Shown here in pieces: positions 10,611 to 22,547 of a stretch of 64,000 nucleotides of DNA. The first letter of the stretch is position 1. Each line of letters starts with the position of its first letter. The notes under the pieces were generated by a model. The model searched no databases. It had not been told where the DNA came from and was given only the letters and a program-made list of their open reading frames with translations. Position numbers and translations under genes: made by a program. The stretch is from a virus, in the IMG/VR virus record IMGVR_UViG_3300006037_000005, positions 32,001-96,000 of that record. The stretch is one strand, 5' to 3'.

Positions 10611-12752
10611 TCATATGTTTATTTTAATATTATCTTTTTTAATAGAGTGTATATTTGCACAATTGTGGCATATATAAAACCCATAAGTTATCCCGTTCGG
10701 GCGTTCCTCAGATAATGGATCATACAATCTAAGATATGGGTGTATCTGATCAAGAAGACTATTTCCACTATATGCTTTATGTCCATAATATTTGTAGTTT
10801 TGATAATATGGTGGTAATTGTTTCCTATCAGTAAGATCAAGAAGCCACATAAAACCAGCATAATGCCTTATATTGATTTGGTATGTATGTTTGGCTTTAT
10901 TCTTTCCACAACACTCACATATATCAGCATCCATAAAGTTGTCTGATTTTCCAATACCAACGCCTCTATAAATATCCACACCTTCTTTTTTAGTTCTTCT
11001 ATTTATGATTATGGTCTCGCAATAATCACCATTAATACCATGTGGTGATATTAAATTTGTTACTGATTTGCATATCGAATTAAGTATCTTGTTGTATACA
11101 GTTTTTGAAGAAAATATCATTTTTTCGAATTCTTTTGTATCAGCATAGCTTCTGTTCTTTAGTTGCAATAGCAGTGGTTCTATTGTGTCTACAAATCTGT
11201 TATCTAAAATCAACCATTCAGACAATGATTCAAGATTATCATTTGTGGCAAGCCAATTGGCATCATACATGGGGTTAGACATAATTTCATTATACGATGC
11301 TTTTTCAAGAGATTTATAATTTTTGTTTAAATCGAGACTATTGAGTGTTTCCATAATCTCGTTGAATCTATTTTTATTTTTATCGTTCCAATATTCCATC
11401 TTTGTATTATCATTAAGTAGGATGTTTTCACCAGACAACAATTTGTTGTTAATAAATTTCTTTGCTGTGGTCATTCCTGTTGATATATTGTTATTATCTA
11501 TCGATAAGAAATTTATGATTTCATTTGATAATAACAATATGAAAGCTTTGTTGCTATCGGATAGGGAATTTATATCATACTTAATAAAAATTGGATTTAT
11601 AAAGATAAATTCATCTTTATCCCATCTTACTATAACCTCCCCATTTTTCTTTATTGTACCATAATTTGGTGTATCACTATCAAAGAAATATCTTTCTTTC
11701 CTATCAACATGTATTGATGAGAAATCAACACCTAAAGATGTCAGATATTCTGAGATTTTCTTTTTTGTTATAATTTCAGATGTCTTATGATAAGTCCCAC
11801 TTTTGTGGTTTTTTCTATATAAATCAAATTCTTCCCTAACTTCTTTTAAGATATCATATTTTATAATCTTATTCTTTATTATTTGATTTTGTTGTATTGC
11901 CAATTCTTCTATATTTTCAAATATTTCATATGGCAAATCACAATTTTCTATTTTATCATCGTAATTTCTCCATATTGAAGCCCTCTCCATCCTAAGATGT
12001 GGTTGTCTAGGATTATCAAAATGTATTTGGTCTGATACTATCCATATTGTATCACCTTTATGAATAGTGAACACGAAACTCGATAGTATCGGATTTATAT
12101 TTGACAATTTACCAAATAATGTTATAAATATTTTATCAGAATCGGCTTTTTTAATGAATTCTTTTTGTTTAGACAAAAAATCGAGCCAGCTGTTTATATC
12201 AGATGATATACCTATCTCTGGATAGAAAACATATTTGTCTGATATAAATATTTTGTCTTGACCACCATGGTGCAAATATGTTTTAAAGAATTGTTTAGAA
12301 AAAACCATTTTATTCAATTTTAGAATATCTTGTGGTTTAAACGAAAAATTATCATCAAAATTGAACCCCATGGATTTTATCTGATTCATCCTTGGTATAA
12401 AATAAAACAATTCCCATTCACTATACAAATCTATTATTCCAGAGATTGTGTCTATTAATAGTTTGACCGATTCTATACTTTGTTTTGTGAAATCTTTTTT
12501 ATGTGGTAGGTTTATATAATCTGATAGACAATTATAATAAGAATTGGTTTTAAAGCAAATAGAATGGAGCTTTATTATGCAGATATCCGAATCAAATTCA
12601 TAAGAATTTTTAATATCAAACACTGTTTTTTTGATATTATCAGATGGTAAGATTCTCACAGATTTTGATTTATCTTCAGGAAAAGCATCTGTAAAATCAA
12701 ACTCAAATACCTGTTCTAGATTAGAAACAATCGATATTATTTTATCTTTCAT
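10611..12752 (-). CDS. Large hypothetical protein with C-terminal Cys pairs (possible Zn binding)
   Basis: 713 aa ORF; CECC and CHNC near the C-terminus. Confidence 0.6.
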   Translation of the reverse strand: MKDKIISIVSNLEQVFEFDFTDAFPEDKSKSVRILPSDNIKKTVFDIKNSYEFDSDICIIKLHSICFKTNSYYNCLSDYINLPHKKDFTKQSIESVKLLIDTISGIIDLYSEWELFYFIPRMNQIKSMGFNFDDNFSFKPQDILKLNKMVFSKQFFKTYLHHGGQDKIFISDKYVFYPEIGISSDINSWLDFLSKQKEFIKKADSDKIFITLFGKLSNINPILSSFVFTIHKGDTIWIVSDQIHFDNPRQPHLRMERASIWRNYDDKIENCDLPYEIFENIEELAIQQNQIIKNKIIKYDILKEVREEFDLYRKNHKSGTYHKTSEIITKKKISEYLTSLGVDFSSIHVDRKERYFFDSDTPNYGTIKKNGEVIVRWDKDEFIFINPIFIKYDINSLSDSNKAFILLLSNEIINFLSIDNNNISTGMTTAKKFINNKLLSGENILLNDNTKMEYWNDKNKNRFNEIMETLNSLDLNKNYKSLEKASYNEIMSNPMYDANWLATNDNLESLSEWLILDNRFVDTIEPLLLQLKNRSYADTKEFEKMIFSSKTVYNKILNSICKSVTNLISPHGINGDYCETIIINRRTKKEGVDIYRGVGIGKSDNFMDADICECCGKNKAKHTYQINIRHYAGFMWLLDLTDRKQLPPYYQNYKYYGHKAYSGNSLLDQIHPYLRLYDPLSEERPNGITYGFYICHNCANIHSIKKDNIKINI

Positions 12753-13785
12753 ATTTTTATTTTGTAGATGTCCCCTTCGAGTTCCTCTATCTGTGTTTTT
12801 GTTTTGTTGAAGTATGATTGTTTCACATCATGTTGATATTTCATTCTAAAAATATCAGATTTTTTGTAAAAATCTTCATTAATTCTTTCTATCAGAAATT
12901 CCACTATACCATCGAATTTACACAGATTTTCAAAATAGGCATCATTGTTTGGAATCTCTGTTTGCATCTCTGGCACAGATTTGTATGTTCTTTCCTTTAG
13001 TACTTTCATGTTCCAAATGAAAGATGTCGATAATATACCCAAAAGATATGAATCTTCTTTTGAAATTTTATTAATATTTTCCTTATGATATTGAGAAAAA
13101 TAATAGATTAAGATGTCTATTTCTTGCGAACAAAATGCAAGTAGAGGTTTTATGGTATCTTTGATCCTATTCTCCATATTGTTATGGTATTATTATTTCT
13201 CCAAACACTGATTCTGCAAATTCTGGTGTCATAGAATGCATAAACAATTTTAATGCATCTCTTTTAATTTCATAGCCTTCAGATTTAAATGGTTCTGTTT
13301 CATTTACCCTATTTATGAAAGAAATAGATTTTAGTTCCATCTCTTTAAATACTGCAATAACGGATTCATTAGTTGTTGCTTTTCTTTGTGAGATTATATC
13401 TTTTGCCTCAATAACCATACCACTCAAAGCTATCAACAATCTTTGCTCTGCAGATTTATCTTGATCTTCCTCCTGATAAATTCTAAAATATTCTCTGGCT
13501 TTCAATTTATATGTATTAAAGATTGTATGATATTTTCGTCTTTATTGAACATCATGCCTGTGATAAATTTATCACAGGCATTTTCAACTTTATTCCAGTC
13601 AATGAATTTTGTTGGCATATTACACAAATGTTTATAACCAAGATTAACATCTTCTCTAGATCCTATAATTTCATATGTGTTATCTTTATGCATTGCTATC
13701 ACAAATAAACCATATCCGAAGAAAATTGGTGTATCCTCTTTTTTGGGATCGAATGCTACTAATATAAAAAGATTTTTCATATCTA

Positions 13786-14253
13786 TTAAAAACTTGGATC
13801 CCAGTATTCTTCTTGCATACCAAAAACTATATTTATCTTTGGATAGCTAGTTACAATTTTAGTAATACCATCTATTAATTTCAAGAAACCATTTTCATCA
13901 AAATGATCTGGATTATAAACATTTTCTTTTCCACAGAATTGTATAGATCTTGAGATTTGTCTCCAACAGCCTTGTCTGAATACCAATTCCACAGACTGTT
14001 CTTCAAGTTCCGAATAATCATATTGTTGACCACTATCAGTTAAACCAAGATTATCTATTCTTTTTGCTCTACATCTTCTGATGGTACATTTGGTTTGGTC
14101 TTTTGAAACTTCAACAACTTGATAAGCATGTCTATCTGTCCAAAATAGAACTGTTGCACCTTTACCAACTTCTGGCTTTGCTTGAGACCCAGACATCATA
14201 TGGTTCATTAAACTTCCTGTTTGTGAACCCAATTTTAGCATTGTATTTTTCAT
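13786..14253 (-). CDS. Phage hypothetical protein, first gene after a sigma-54 promoter
   Basis: 155 aa ORF starting 38 nt downstream of the -12 element at 14291. Confidence 0.65.
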   Translation of the reverse strand: MKNTMLKLGSQTGSLMNHMMSGSQAKPEVGKGATVLFWTDRHAYQVVEVSKDQTKCTIRRCRAKRIDNLGLTDSGQQYDYSELEEQSVELVFRQGCWRQISRSIQFCGKENVYNPDHFDENGFLKLIDGITKIVTSYPKINIVFGMQEEYWDPSF

Positions 14254-14290
14254 AATTTTTTATTTTTAAAATGTTCTTATATAAATTATT

Positions 14291-14305
14291 GCAAAAATCG
14301 TGCCA
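14291..14305 (-). promoter_or_regulatory. Sigma-54 (-24/-12) promoter
   Basis: TGGCACGATTTTTGC exact consensus; TGACA cluster upstream at 14326-14365. Confidence 0.82.
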
Positions 14306-14650
14306 AATTTTTCAGATGGATTTTGTGACATGACAATTTGGCAGACATGACACCGTGACATGACAATTTTTAATATGATTATAAAGTTTCTTTGTTCCAA
14401 CAAGACCCCATTGTTTATGTTTTGATATCAAAGCATTAAAGACAAGAAGTTTATCAATGGAATTCTGATCTTTTTGTTTCATTTCGCAATATTTGAAGAC
14501 TGGTGTTCTGTATAGACCATGTATCAATTCAAAATTATCTTTGATTAAAGTTATGTGTTCTTCTGTTAATTCAGATAGCTGTTTTTGGATTTCTTTTGTT
14601 GAATTTGCCATAATTTTTGATTTTAAAAATGTTCTTATATAAAAATTATT

Positions 14651-14665
14651 ACAAAAATCGTACCA
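14651..14665 (-). promoter_or_regulatory. Degenerate sigma-54 promoter
   Basis: TGGTACGATTTTTGT with a downstream leader very similar to the 14291 copy; TGACA-ATC-TGACA at 14689-14701. Confidence 0.6.
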
Positions 14666-14785
14666 AAATTTAGGTGTGCTTCATCGGATGACAATCTGAC
14701 ATGGTTTGTTTCAGTACAGAAGATAGTAGTTCTGAAATAACCTTATTAAACGAGATAGTTTTGATAAATTCTGTATGCTATGGTA

Positions 14786-15202
14786 TTAAACACACAAATG
14801 GTTAGGATTATCATATGGAAGATGTGGTATTATTGAAATGTCTATATAATATTGAGGATCTGTATGTTCTGTTTGTTGAATCACAAGCCCACTATATTTT
14901 AATTTGATACTCCTATTTATGTTTATCACATATGCTTCTCTACCATGGTGTGATTGTTTGAATCTATTAAAATTCTCTTCATCTTCATTGAGTATACTAC
15001 CACCAATAGTGTTTGCTATCTCATCAAGCATTAGAATTTTGTCTCCTATGGTTTTTTGCCAGGGTATAGCTATGAGATCCAAATCTCTGTTCATAGACCC
15101 ATGTAGAACTATATTATATCCATACCTTAATCCTATCTCTTTTATGATCTCGAAATAAAATGCATATAGACTTGGCTTTGCGTGTATTGGTTTATTATTC
15201 AT
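14786..15202 (-). CDS. Putative nucleotidyltransferase-fold protein
   Basis: hG[S]..DxD-type motif LHGSMNRDLDLIAIPW. Confidence 0.45.
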   Translation of the reverse strand: MNNKPIHAKPSLYAFYFEIIKEIGLRYGYNIVLHGSMNRDLDLIAIPWQKTIGDKILMLDEIANTIGGSILNEDEENFNRFKQSHHGREAYVININRSIKLKYSGLVIQQTEHTDPQYYIDISIIPHLPYDNPNHLCV

Positions 15203-17425
15203 TATTATATTAAATTTACAACCATATCAAGATATATGAATCTTTTAATTATAACCTTATTTTGATCTGATATAATAGCTTCAAAAACAGGCTTAAATTT
15301 TATGTATTCCTTGTGTATATTGTATATTTCTTCTGATTCTTTTGTTAGTAGTGTGATATCTGCAAACAATGTTCTATCTTCAACATAAATAGTAGATTCA
15401 AAATGAATAAAATCGTGGTGCGATTCATCCCTATAAATATGATCTATTATATTTCTTATTCTGCCATATATTTTGGTTTTATCTCGCATCATTGACAACA
15501 AGATATCATTCGTCTCATATGGATATATTCTACCAGAATCCAGGATTTCATCAAATCTGAGAATTTGAATCTTTTTAATAATCATTTTATAATCCTCCCA
15601 CATTCGTAACAGTTATCAAAATTTATGTGGTTCATATGCCCACAGTCACATTTGTTTGTACTTAAAATAATATCTGACGATCTGTGTGTTGCAGAAAGAT
15701 CGTGGTGATCTATGAACATTATAACATCAGATAGACCAGGTTTTTTGGGTAAAGATGCTCTGTTTTTATTTAGATATTTTAAAGTATTAATGAATAGATT
15801 AAAATACCTTTCATTGAAAATTATCAATAATATGATATGAATCTTTCTCATGATAAAATAAGAAATAATATGAAAATTTTAGGAAAATAGAATATGATAT
15901 TAAAAAACCAAAATTCAGTATCATTATTATATTGGAAATATTTAATAATAAAAAATCTAAAAATTTCAATGGTCGAATTCAAAAGACTTAAATATAAAGA
16001 GTACATATAAATATTCTGCCATTTATCTTCAATACCAATAATATACAATAATAAGGTATAGAAAACCCACCAAAATGATGTATATATAGCCAATGAATCT
16101 GGGAATTTATTTATATCTGTGTGTGAACCATATAAATCTGATATAAAAATTGTAAGAATTTCAAAAAGAATCACAGACAGAAACAGTATTTCTATTTTAC
16201 TAGTCATTTTTTCTTTTGATGAAATTTTCAACAATATGATCGATGTCACTACTATCAGAATTCATAGATTTAGCTAATTCAAAGAGATCAGATCTAGAAT
16301 AAAGCTTAGAATCATCATTATTGCACATAATACCCAAATCCAAAATTTGCTCTTCTATATTAGATTTTAAATCGAGTTTTATTGATTTAAAACCACAGTT
16401 AGAAAGTATATCAGATTCTGCTTTAGATAAATAATATTTATATGATATAGGTGAATTTGAAGCGAAGATTTTCTTGTTGAAAAAACCAGAATCTTGGTTT
16501 GTTTGTGATACTTGTACTCTACCTATTGATAAATCGAGATAAATCTCAGATTTTTTAATAAGATACATTTGATATAGAAGATAAACCGAAGCACCTATTA
16601 TTTGTATTTGCAATTCTTTTATATCTTGTTCCATTTTGTTTTTATTAACAAAATTAGCTATGGTTACAAAATTTCTAATTTAGAATAATTATATCCAATA
16701 TCTCTGATATTGTTATAGAATATATTATATTACCAAGTTATCAATATTAAGAACCCATTGTTTATCATGGATTTCTGATGTATGAATATCAAAGATTGTG
16801 TTATCACCTTTTGATATTGGAGTTATTATAATTTTTGGTGGTATTGGTGAACTAAAAGGTTTAAAGTGTTCTTTCTCAGGAAAACCAAGTTTCTGAAATT
16901 TTCGCATAATCTCTATAGAAAGTAAATGTGCCTCTCTATCAAGGGGTAAATTGTAATTTTCATAAAAATGAACTTGTTCTTGATCATAGACAAAATCAAA
17001 ATCGAATCTTTGTATAGTATCAATTATATTGAACCCCCAAGAATACATTCTGAGATGTAAAACATCAGTTGATATTGAGCGACTACCACCCAATTTTGAT
17101 ATAAGATCTGATCCAAGATTGAAATATTTCTCTATTATCTCTTGTGTTATGAATTGTTTATTTTTAGTGATGTTCACGTTTGAATCCATTTTTCTCCAAC
17201 ATTTTATCGACTCTATTTAGATCTTTTTTCGATTCATAATTATCCCAAAAACCGTCACTAACAGCAGAAAAAGTATCAAGAATTGATACCAAAGATATCA
17301 ATTCTAAATCTGTTAATTCCAATTTGTGTTTTTTTCGTGCCATAGCATATTTATTATTTAAAACATATTAAGTTACATTAAATTAGTGGTGTGATCCACA
17401 CTAACCACACCAAAATAACGATTGC

Positions 17426-17872
17426 TTAAAAAGGAAATTCCGACTTGTTCATCTCTATACCATTTTTTCGTGTGGGTATTTCTTTTATGTCTTTGTTTTC
17501 ATAGAAATTCTTCAATATGATTCTAATTGCTTCACTAAAAGTACACCCATGGTACATCTGCAAAAAAGATATTGGTGTTGAACCAGAATTTCCACATCTG
17601 TAGCATTTATATCTATCAAGACGTTTAGATACTCTCATGATAGTTCTTGATGAAAAATCTTTACATTTTGGGCAAAAACATTGGAAATTAGAACCTTTTT
17701 TTGTTAACACCAAATATTTAGATAGCACTTCGAATGTTCGGGCGTTTTTTAAAACAATATTTATATCTTCCTGTTTGAAATAAAAATTATCTTTTATCCT
17801 AGATTTTAGACGAGGTTTTCGATTCTTTTGAAAAATTTTAAATTCAGATGTATCAAAAACAGAATTTTTCAT
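17426..17872 (-). CDS. Primase-type (CHC2-like) zinc finger protein without catalytic domain
   Basis: LTKKGSNFQCFCPKC...RYKCYRCGNSG..ISFLQMYHGCTFSEAI resembles the DnaG N-terminal Zn finger. Confidence 0.7.
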   Translation of the reverse strand: MKNSVFDTSEFKIFQKNRKPRLKSRIKDNFYFKQEDINIVLKNARTFEVLSKYLVLTKKGSNFQCFCPKCKDFSSRTIMRVSKRLDRYKCYRCGNSGSTPISFLQMYHGCTFSEAIRIILKNFYENKDIKEIPTRKNGIEMNKSEFPF

Positions 17873-18836
17873 TTTATTAATTCAAATCCTTTTTCTATAG
17901 CACGATTGAGTGCTGTATGATAGTTATACCATTTCTTGTCTGAACTATGCAAAATGACACCATTTTTGAATATAACAAAATCAAAAATATTTCTAAACCC
18001 TTTATCATCATTGATAGTTTTTATTTTTCTTGGTGATATATCGATTTTATGTTTTGTTCTGAACCAATCTATTGCATCTTGATATGTTGGTACTGGTAAA
18101 AGATTTTTCGGATCTTCTGCCTTGCCATATATTGGTTTTTCACCATCATAATACATGGTAAAATCAGCTTTAAAATGTTTAGTTTTAAAGATTTCAGCTA
18201 TGTTTCTATTCACAAATACAGTTTTCATACTTTTGTTATTTTGCACCAATCTTTGCCGTCACCATCGATATTATTAATAAAAAAGAATACCCCATCGCAA
18301 TTAGTTGCGTAAATTTTATATCCAATTCTGTGATGCTGTTGAAGAATATTCATATCAAACTCTAACTCTCTATGATCATTAACATCAAAATTAACTGCTA
18401 CTATTTTGATGTTTTCTTTGCTAATATAAACCCTTTTGCTCTCGATCATTATTAAAACAAATCTTTCTCTATGAACCAAAAATTTTTTAATTGCCCTTTA
18501 GCAGAATTTGGTGCAAGCAATAAGATGTAAGATACAGATCTAACTATTTTTGAAAGAAAATAAAGAATAATACCAATAGAGAATATAAATATGATATAAA
18601 GTATGAAAATTACAAGTCTGAAGTATTTTTGAATTCTGTCTTTCATGTTGGATCATATTGTTGTATTTCTGATTCTGATATGTAATCTATGGTATATCTA
18701 ACATCTGGAACACAAATTGGAGTTCCAAGATATATCCTTGTTTTACCACCAATAGTAACAACTTGTGCTATTGTTGTGTTTTGATTGTAAGTCTTTATTT
18801 TTGCACCTTCTACCAATTTCATAACATATTATTTTG

Positions 18837-18912
18837 AGTTTGAGAGGAGAATTGAACTCCTGTTAAATTAGTTTTGCGGACTAATCCCTATACCAACATT
18901 GGGTACTCAAAC
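18837..18912 (-). tRNA. tRNA-Cys(GCA) with atypical C33
   Basis: GTTTGAG/CTCAAAC acceptor, TTAGT-CCGCAAA-ACTAA anticodon arm, AGGAG-TTCAATT-CTCCT T-arm, U73 discriminator (Cys identity element). Confidence 0.8.
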
Positions 18913-20700
18913 ATATTATTTAGTTTTTAAATGTTGTTCTATTGTATTAGATACCGCAAGTATCATTTTTGATTTGAAAACATTATCATTTTTCAAATCA
19001 TTGTGTACTTTATCAAGTAAACTATCATTAACCTGCACTATATTTTTGGCGAGTTTATGTGAAAATGCTTCTTTTATGGATTGTTTGAAAAAATCAGAAT
19101 CAACAATTTCTGTGAAATGTTCTCTAATGATAGAAGAAATTTGTGGTTCGAATTCAGTTATGACTTTTGAAGTGAGTTGTGAAAGATTATTTTGGTATGA
19201 ATCCTGCAATTTCTTTTTGATCGCTTCTTTTATAGCACCTTGTACCTCAGCAAGAATTGATTTTTCCAAATCCACTGGCTGATAGGTACTAACGACTTTC
19301 TTATCGATCTTTTCTACCAAAGACTTTATATCGCTTCTAAAATTCTGATTCTCCTCTCTCAGAATCTTAACAGTCTCTAATAGATCTTTTATGTGTGCTT
19401 CTTCTTTTTGTGTCATATAATTTTATTAAGAAATTCCATAGAGGTTTCCTAATTTTTAATAGAGGCTATATATTCATAACAGAAGGCTCTGGCTTGAAGC
19501 TCTGCCTCTATAGGTGAATTATCTCGAAAAGATTTTAACACAATATTATCTTTTATGACAGAGCATTCATAATAAGAATTATCATTTATTAGTCTGAACC
19601 AAATGCCATGGTACTGCCACAAATTCATTTTGGTATTCATATTATAAATCCTTTTGGTTATCTAATCCAATTGTTTTAGTATGATATAATATTTTTAATC
19701 TTATGTTCCTTTTATATAAAGGGCAATTTTTATAATTGAAATCCAACACAATTTTTAATCAGAGTACAGTTCCAAATCGAAGTACAGTTTTATTGATTCA
19801 ATCAATGGGGTTTTTGACCATTCACTAACTTTACCACCGCTTATGATATATTCAAGTCTTTGAACTGCACCTTTAATTGAATTATCCACATCCTTCCAGT
19901 CCATGGAAAATAAGAAATTCCATTCTGGTGAAATCGATTTCAATCCAGTAAATTGTTCTGACCATTTATGAAAATCTATCTCGCCTGATAAATCATCAAC
20001 ATAATTTGCTTTCACATTTTCTTTATCAATAATGGTGCAGTGACCTATTATGCACCCAACAGATTCACATTCTGGGTCATAATAATTATATTCCTCCCTG
20101 TATATGGACATATCGAAACTTTGTTGTGGTATGGTTTTGATATAATCAGCCATTTTCTGCAAATTAACTTTGTTCATACTTTATGGTTTTGGTTTTTCTC
20201 TTTTAAATGTATATCTTAATTCAGGAATACTAGGTGGTCTGAAAGTGTCAAACCAATAAGTTCCCAGCCTTCCTCACCGTACTTGTTTAAAATACTATCA
20301 GTAATATTTTCTTTGTTGTTGTTAAGTGTTAAGTATTCAAATTTTTTAGTAGGTTTCAGTTTTTCTTTATTGTCTTTACTTGACTTTAATGATTGGTGAT
20401 TTTTTAAATCATTCAATCAAATACAGTTTAGTTCACTGAGTAATGAGTATTCCTGTTCATTCAGTTCAATAGCCATGACTGTATCAAGGCATTGAGTTAT
20501 AGGGAAGAGTTTTAAAGGTTTTGTTGACTCATTAAAGTCTTTAATAAATTTATTTGCACGCTCCTCAGTTAAACAAACCATATAGTTTTTAATTACAATT
20601 TCTTGACTAGGGTTGCTTATTTCAATTAATGCTACTTTGTATGCTACCATTTTTATTTGTTTAAATTTAATAATTTCTCTTTCATCAATTAGTCATCCAA

Positions 20701-20785
20701 TGGAAAGGTAGGGGGATTCGAACCCCCACTAGAAACCAGTTTTAACATGGATGAAGAACCAATACCCCATTATACTTTACCTTTC
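20701..20785 (-). ncRNA. tRNA-like element with degenerate anticodon arm
   Basis: 8-bp acceptor GAAAGGTA/TACCTTTC and perfect GGGGG-TTCGAAT-CCCCC T-arm; no clean 5-bp anticodon stem. Confidence 0.6.
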
Positions 20786-21417
20786 ATAAAAATATCCAAT
20801 CATCACTTTTCTGATATAAGTGTACCATTATTAATTGCATCTTGATACTCTTCAAAACCCTTTTTAAGTGTATCAGCAATTTTATTTGGAACAACTGTAT
20901 AATCTTGGTCTCTTATTTTGACTATATTTTCAGAGTTTGTCCAAGATGTTTCTATTTCTCCATTTGGATTTTCAAGTTTAAATATAAGACATTTATTGTG
21001 ATCATCAAAAATCACTTTAACAAGTCTATAAAATGTATTTTGCATCCTTTTTATTTCAGAAATGTAGATTACAAAGGGTTTATGAATATATGTACCTTCT
21101 TTCCACTCAATAATGGATTTTACTTTTTCATATTCCTCTAATTTAGTTTCATAAATGGTATAACCATCTATTCCATTAGCTACAACTATCACAAAACATT
21201 CTCCTACATATACAACTGTAAAAATAGTTTCAATTGAACAATGTTTGATCTTATCATTTATGGAAGTTTCACTTATTTTCATATACAAAATGTTTAAAAT
21301 GTGCTTGTCTTTCCAAGCTGTCCAATTGTTTGCAGTACCAACTAAATGTAAAAGAATCTAACTTTTATCGCTTATTTAACCAAACCTCAATCAACGGGCT
21401 GAATAGAAAAGCATTTG

Positions 21418-21537
21418 TAGCAAAGGTAAGATTTGAACTTACAATGGTCATAATAATTAATTTATCGGTCATTCTCACTTCCACATGGATATTACCCTTA
21501 ATTTATTACTAGTGTCTACCAATTCCACCACTTTGCT
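21418..21537 (-). ncRNA. 120-nt tRNA-like RNA with greatly extended anticodon arm
   Basis: AGCAAAG/CTTTGCT acceptor, Leu-like D-arm GTGGAATTGGTAGACAC, GTAAG-TTCAAAT-CTTAC T-arm, ~50 nt in place of the 7-nt anticodon loop. Confidence 0.7.
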
Positions 21538-21540
21538 ATT

Positions 21541-21632
21541 TATTTCTACAGTTGTTGTAATAGTAGTATAATCTCTGTTTGGTAACTACTCTCACTTACT
21601 ACAACAACTTACCATTTAAGGCAGTAGAAATG
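21541..21632 (-). ncRNA. Structured three-way-junction element, copy 1
   Basis: Outer stem ATTTCTAC/GTAGAAAT, inner stem AGTTGTTGTA/TACAACAACT, side hairpin TGCC-TTAAAT-GGTA. Confidence 0.55.
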
Positions 21633-21642
21633 TTTAATGTTT

Positions 21643-22269
21643 TTAAAGATTTTGTTCAATCCAAGTATTAAAATCCTCTATTTCTGATTTAGTTGAAGTC
21701 ATTCCATAATGTTCAGCTAAATTAAATAATAAGATTTCAACTTCATCTCTACTAAAACTATCTTTAACAGCTTTAATATTGATTGTATTGTTTGGATTGG
21801 TTTTTAATTTAAACCTTTCTGGTTGACATTCTCCACATAATGTAGAACAATTATTACCACAACTTCTTCCATACTCAACTAATACATCACTAATAATATT
21901 ACTTTTATTATATTCAGTAACATAGTGTTCTATAAATTGTTGAGGTATTTGAGGCAAATGTTCAAAATAACCAGTACCATCACCAAAACCTAATTCATTA
22001 TCTGTTGTGGCTATAATTTTCTTCCACTGACCATTACACTCATGTTTACCTAAATGTTTTTCAAATTGACCATATAATTTAGAAGTTTTATCAGCCATCA
22101 TTCTCCAATCACCTTCTTTTATTCTATCACATGAAATAATATAAAGATGTTGAAATGATTGTGTACAATTGATAATTTTTACTCTATCTGTAACAAGTTT
22201 GTTAAACTCTAAACAAATTGGTGCTTTATCTTTAGTCGGAAGTAAAATTGCTTTACATTTATTCCACAT
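21643..22269 (-). CDS. Hypothetical phage protein
   Basis: 208 aa ORF embedded in the structured RNA cluster. Confidence 0.65.
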   Translation of the reverse strand: MWNKCKAILLPTKDKAPICLEFNKLVTDRVKIINCTQSFQHLYIISCDRIKEGDWRMMADKTSKLYGQFEKHLGKHECNGQWKKIIATTDNELGFGDGTGYFEHLPQIPQQFIEHYVTEYNKSNIISDVLVEYGRSCGNNCSTLCGECQPERFKLKTNPNNTINIKAVKDSFSRDEVEILLFNLAEHYGMTSTKSEIEDFNTWIEQNL

Positions 22270-22547
22270 GATATTGTTGTTAAAATCTGAATTTCTTTTA
22301 AAATAAAACTATTTGGAAGAATTCTAACTTCATATTATTGACTCAACGCTTAATTTACTCACAACAAGAGCTAAGTGAATTTAATACCTTTACAATAGAC
22401 ACAATCTCTAGTAAGATTTAATAATATGAAGTTTTCTAAGACTTCATGTAACCCCCGTTACAGACTTGTTAATTCAAGCAAATATTATTGCTTATCTTCA
22501 AGCAAGTAATTTTAAATGCTAGTTTTTTACAGAACTAGCAAACTGTT

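Noticed and set aside
15205-15603. Prohead protease (gp21-like) based on GRIYP
   Set aside because: Only one short motif matches and catalytic residues are not evident.
20180-20416. Programmed frameshift in a DUF4177-like ORF (alternative frame ends ELRYTFKREKPKP)
   Set aside because: Explained by loss of one T in a short run, as at ~2640; decay or sequencing error is more parsimonious.
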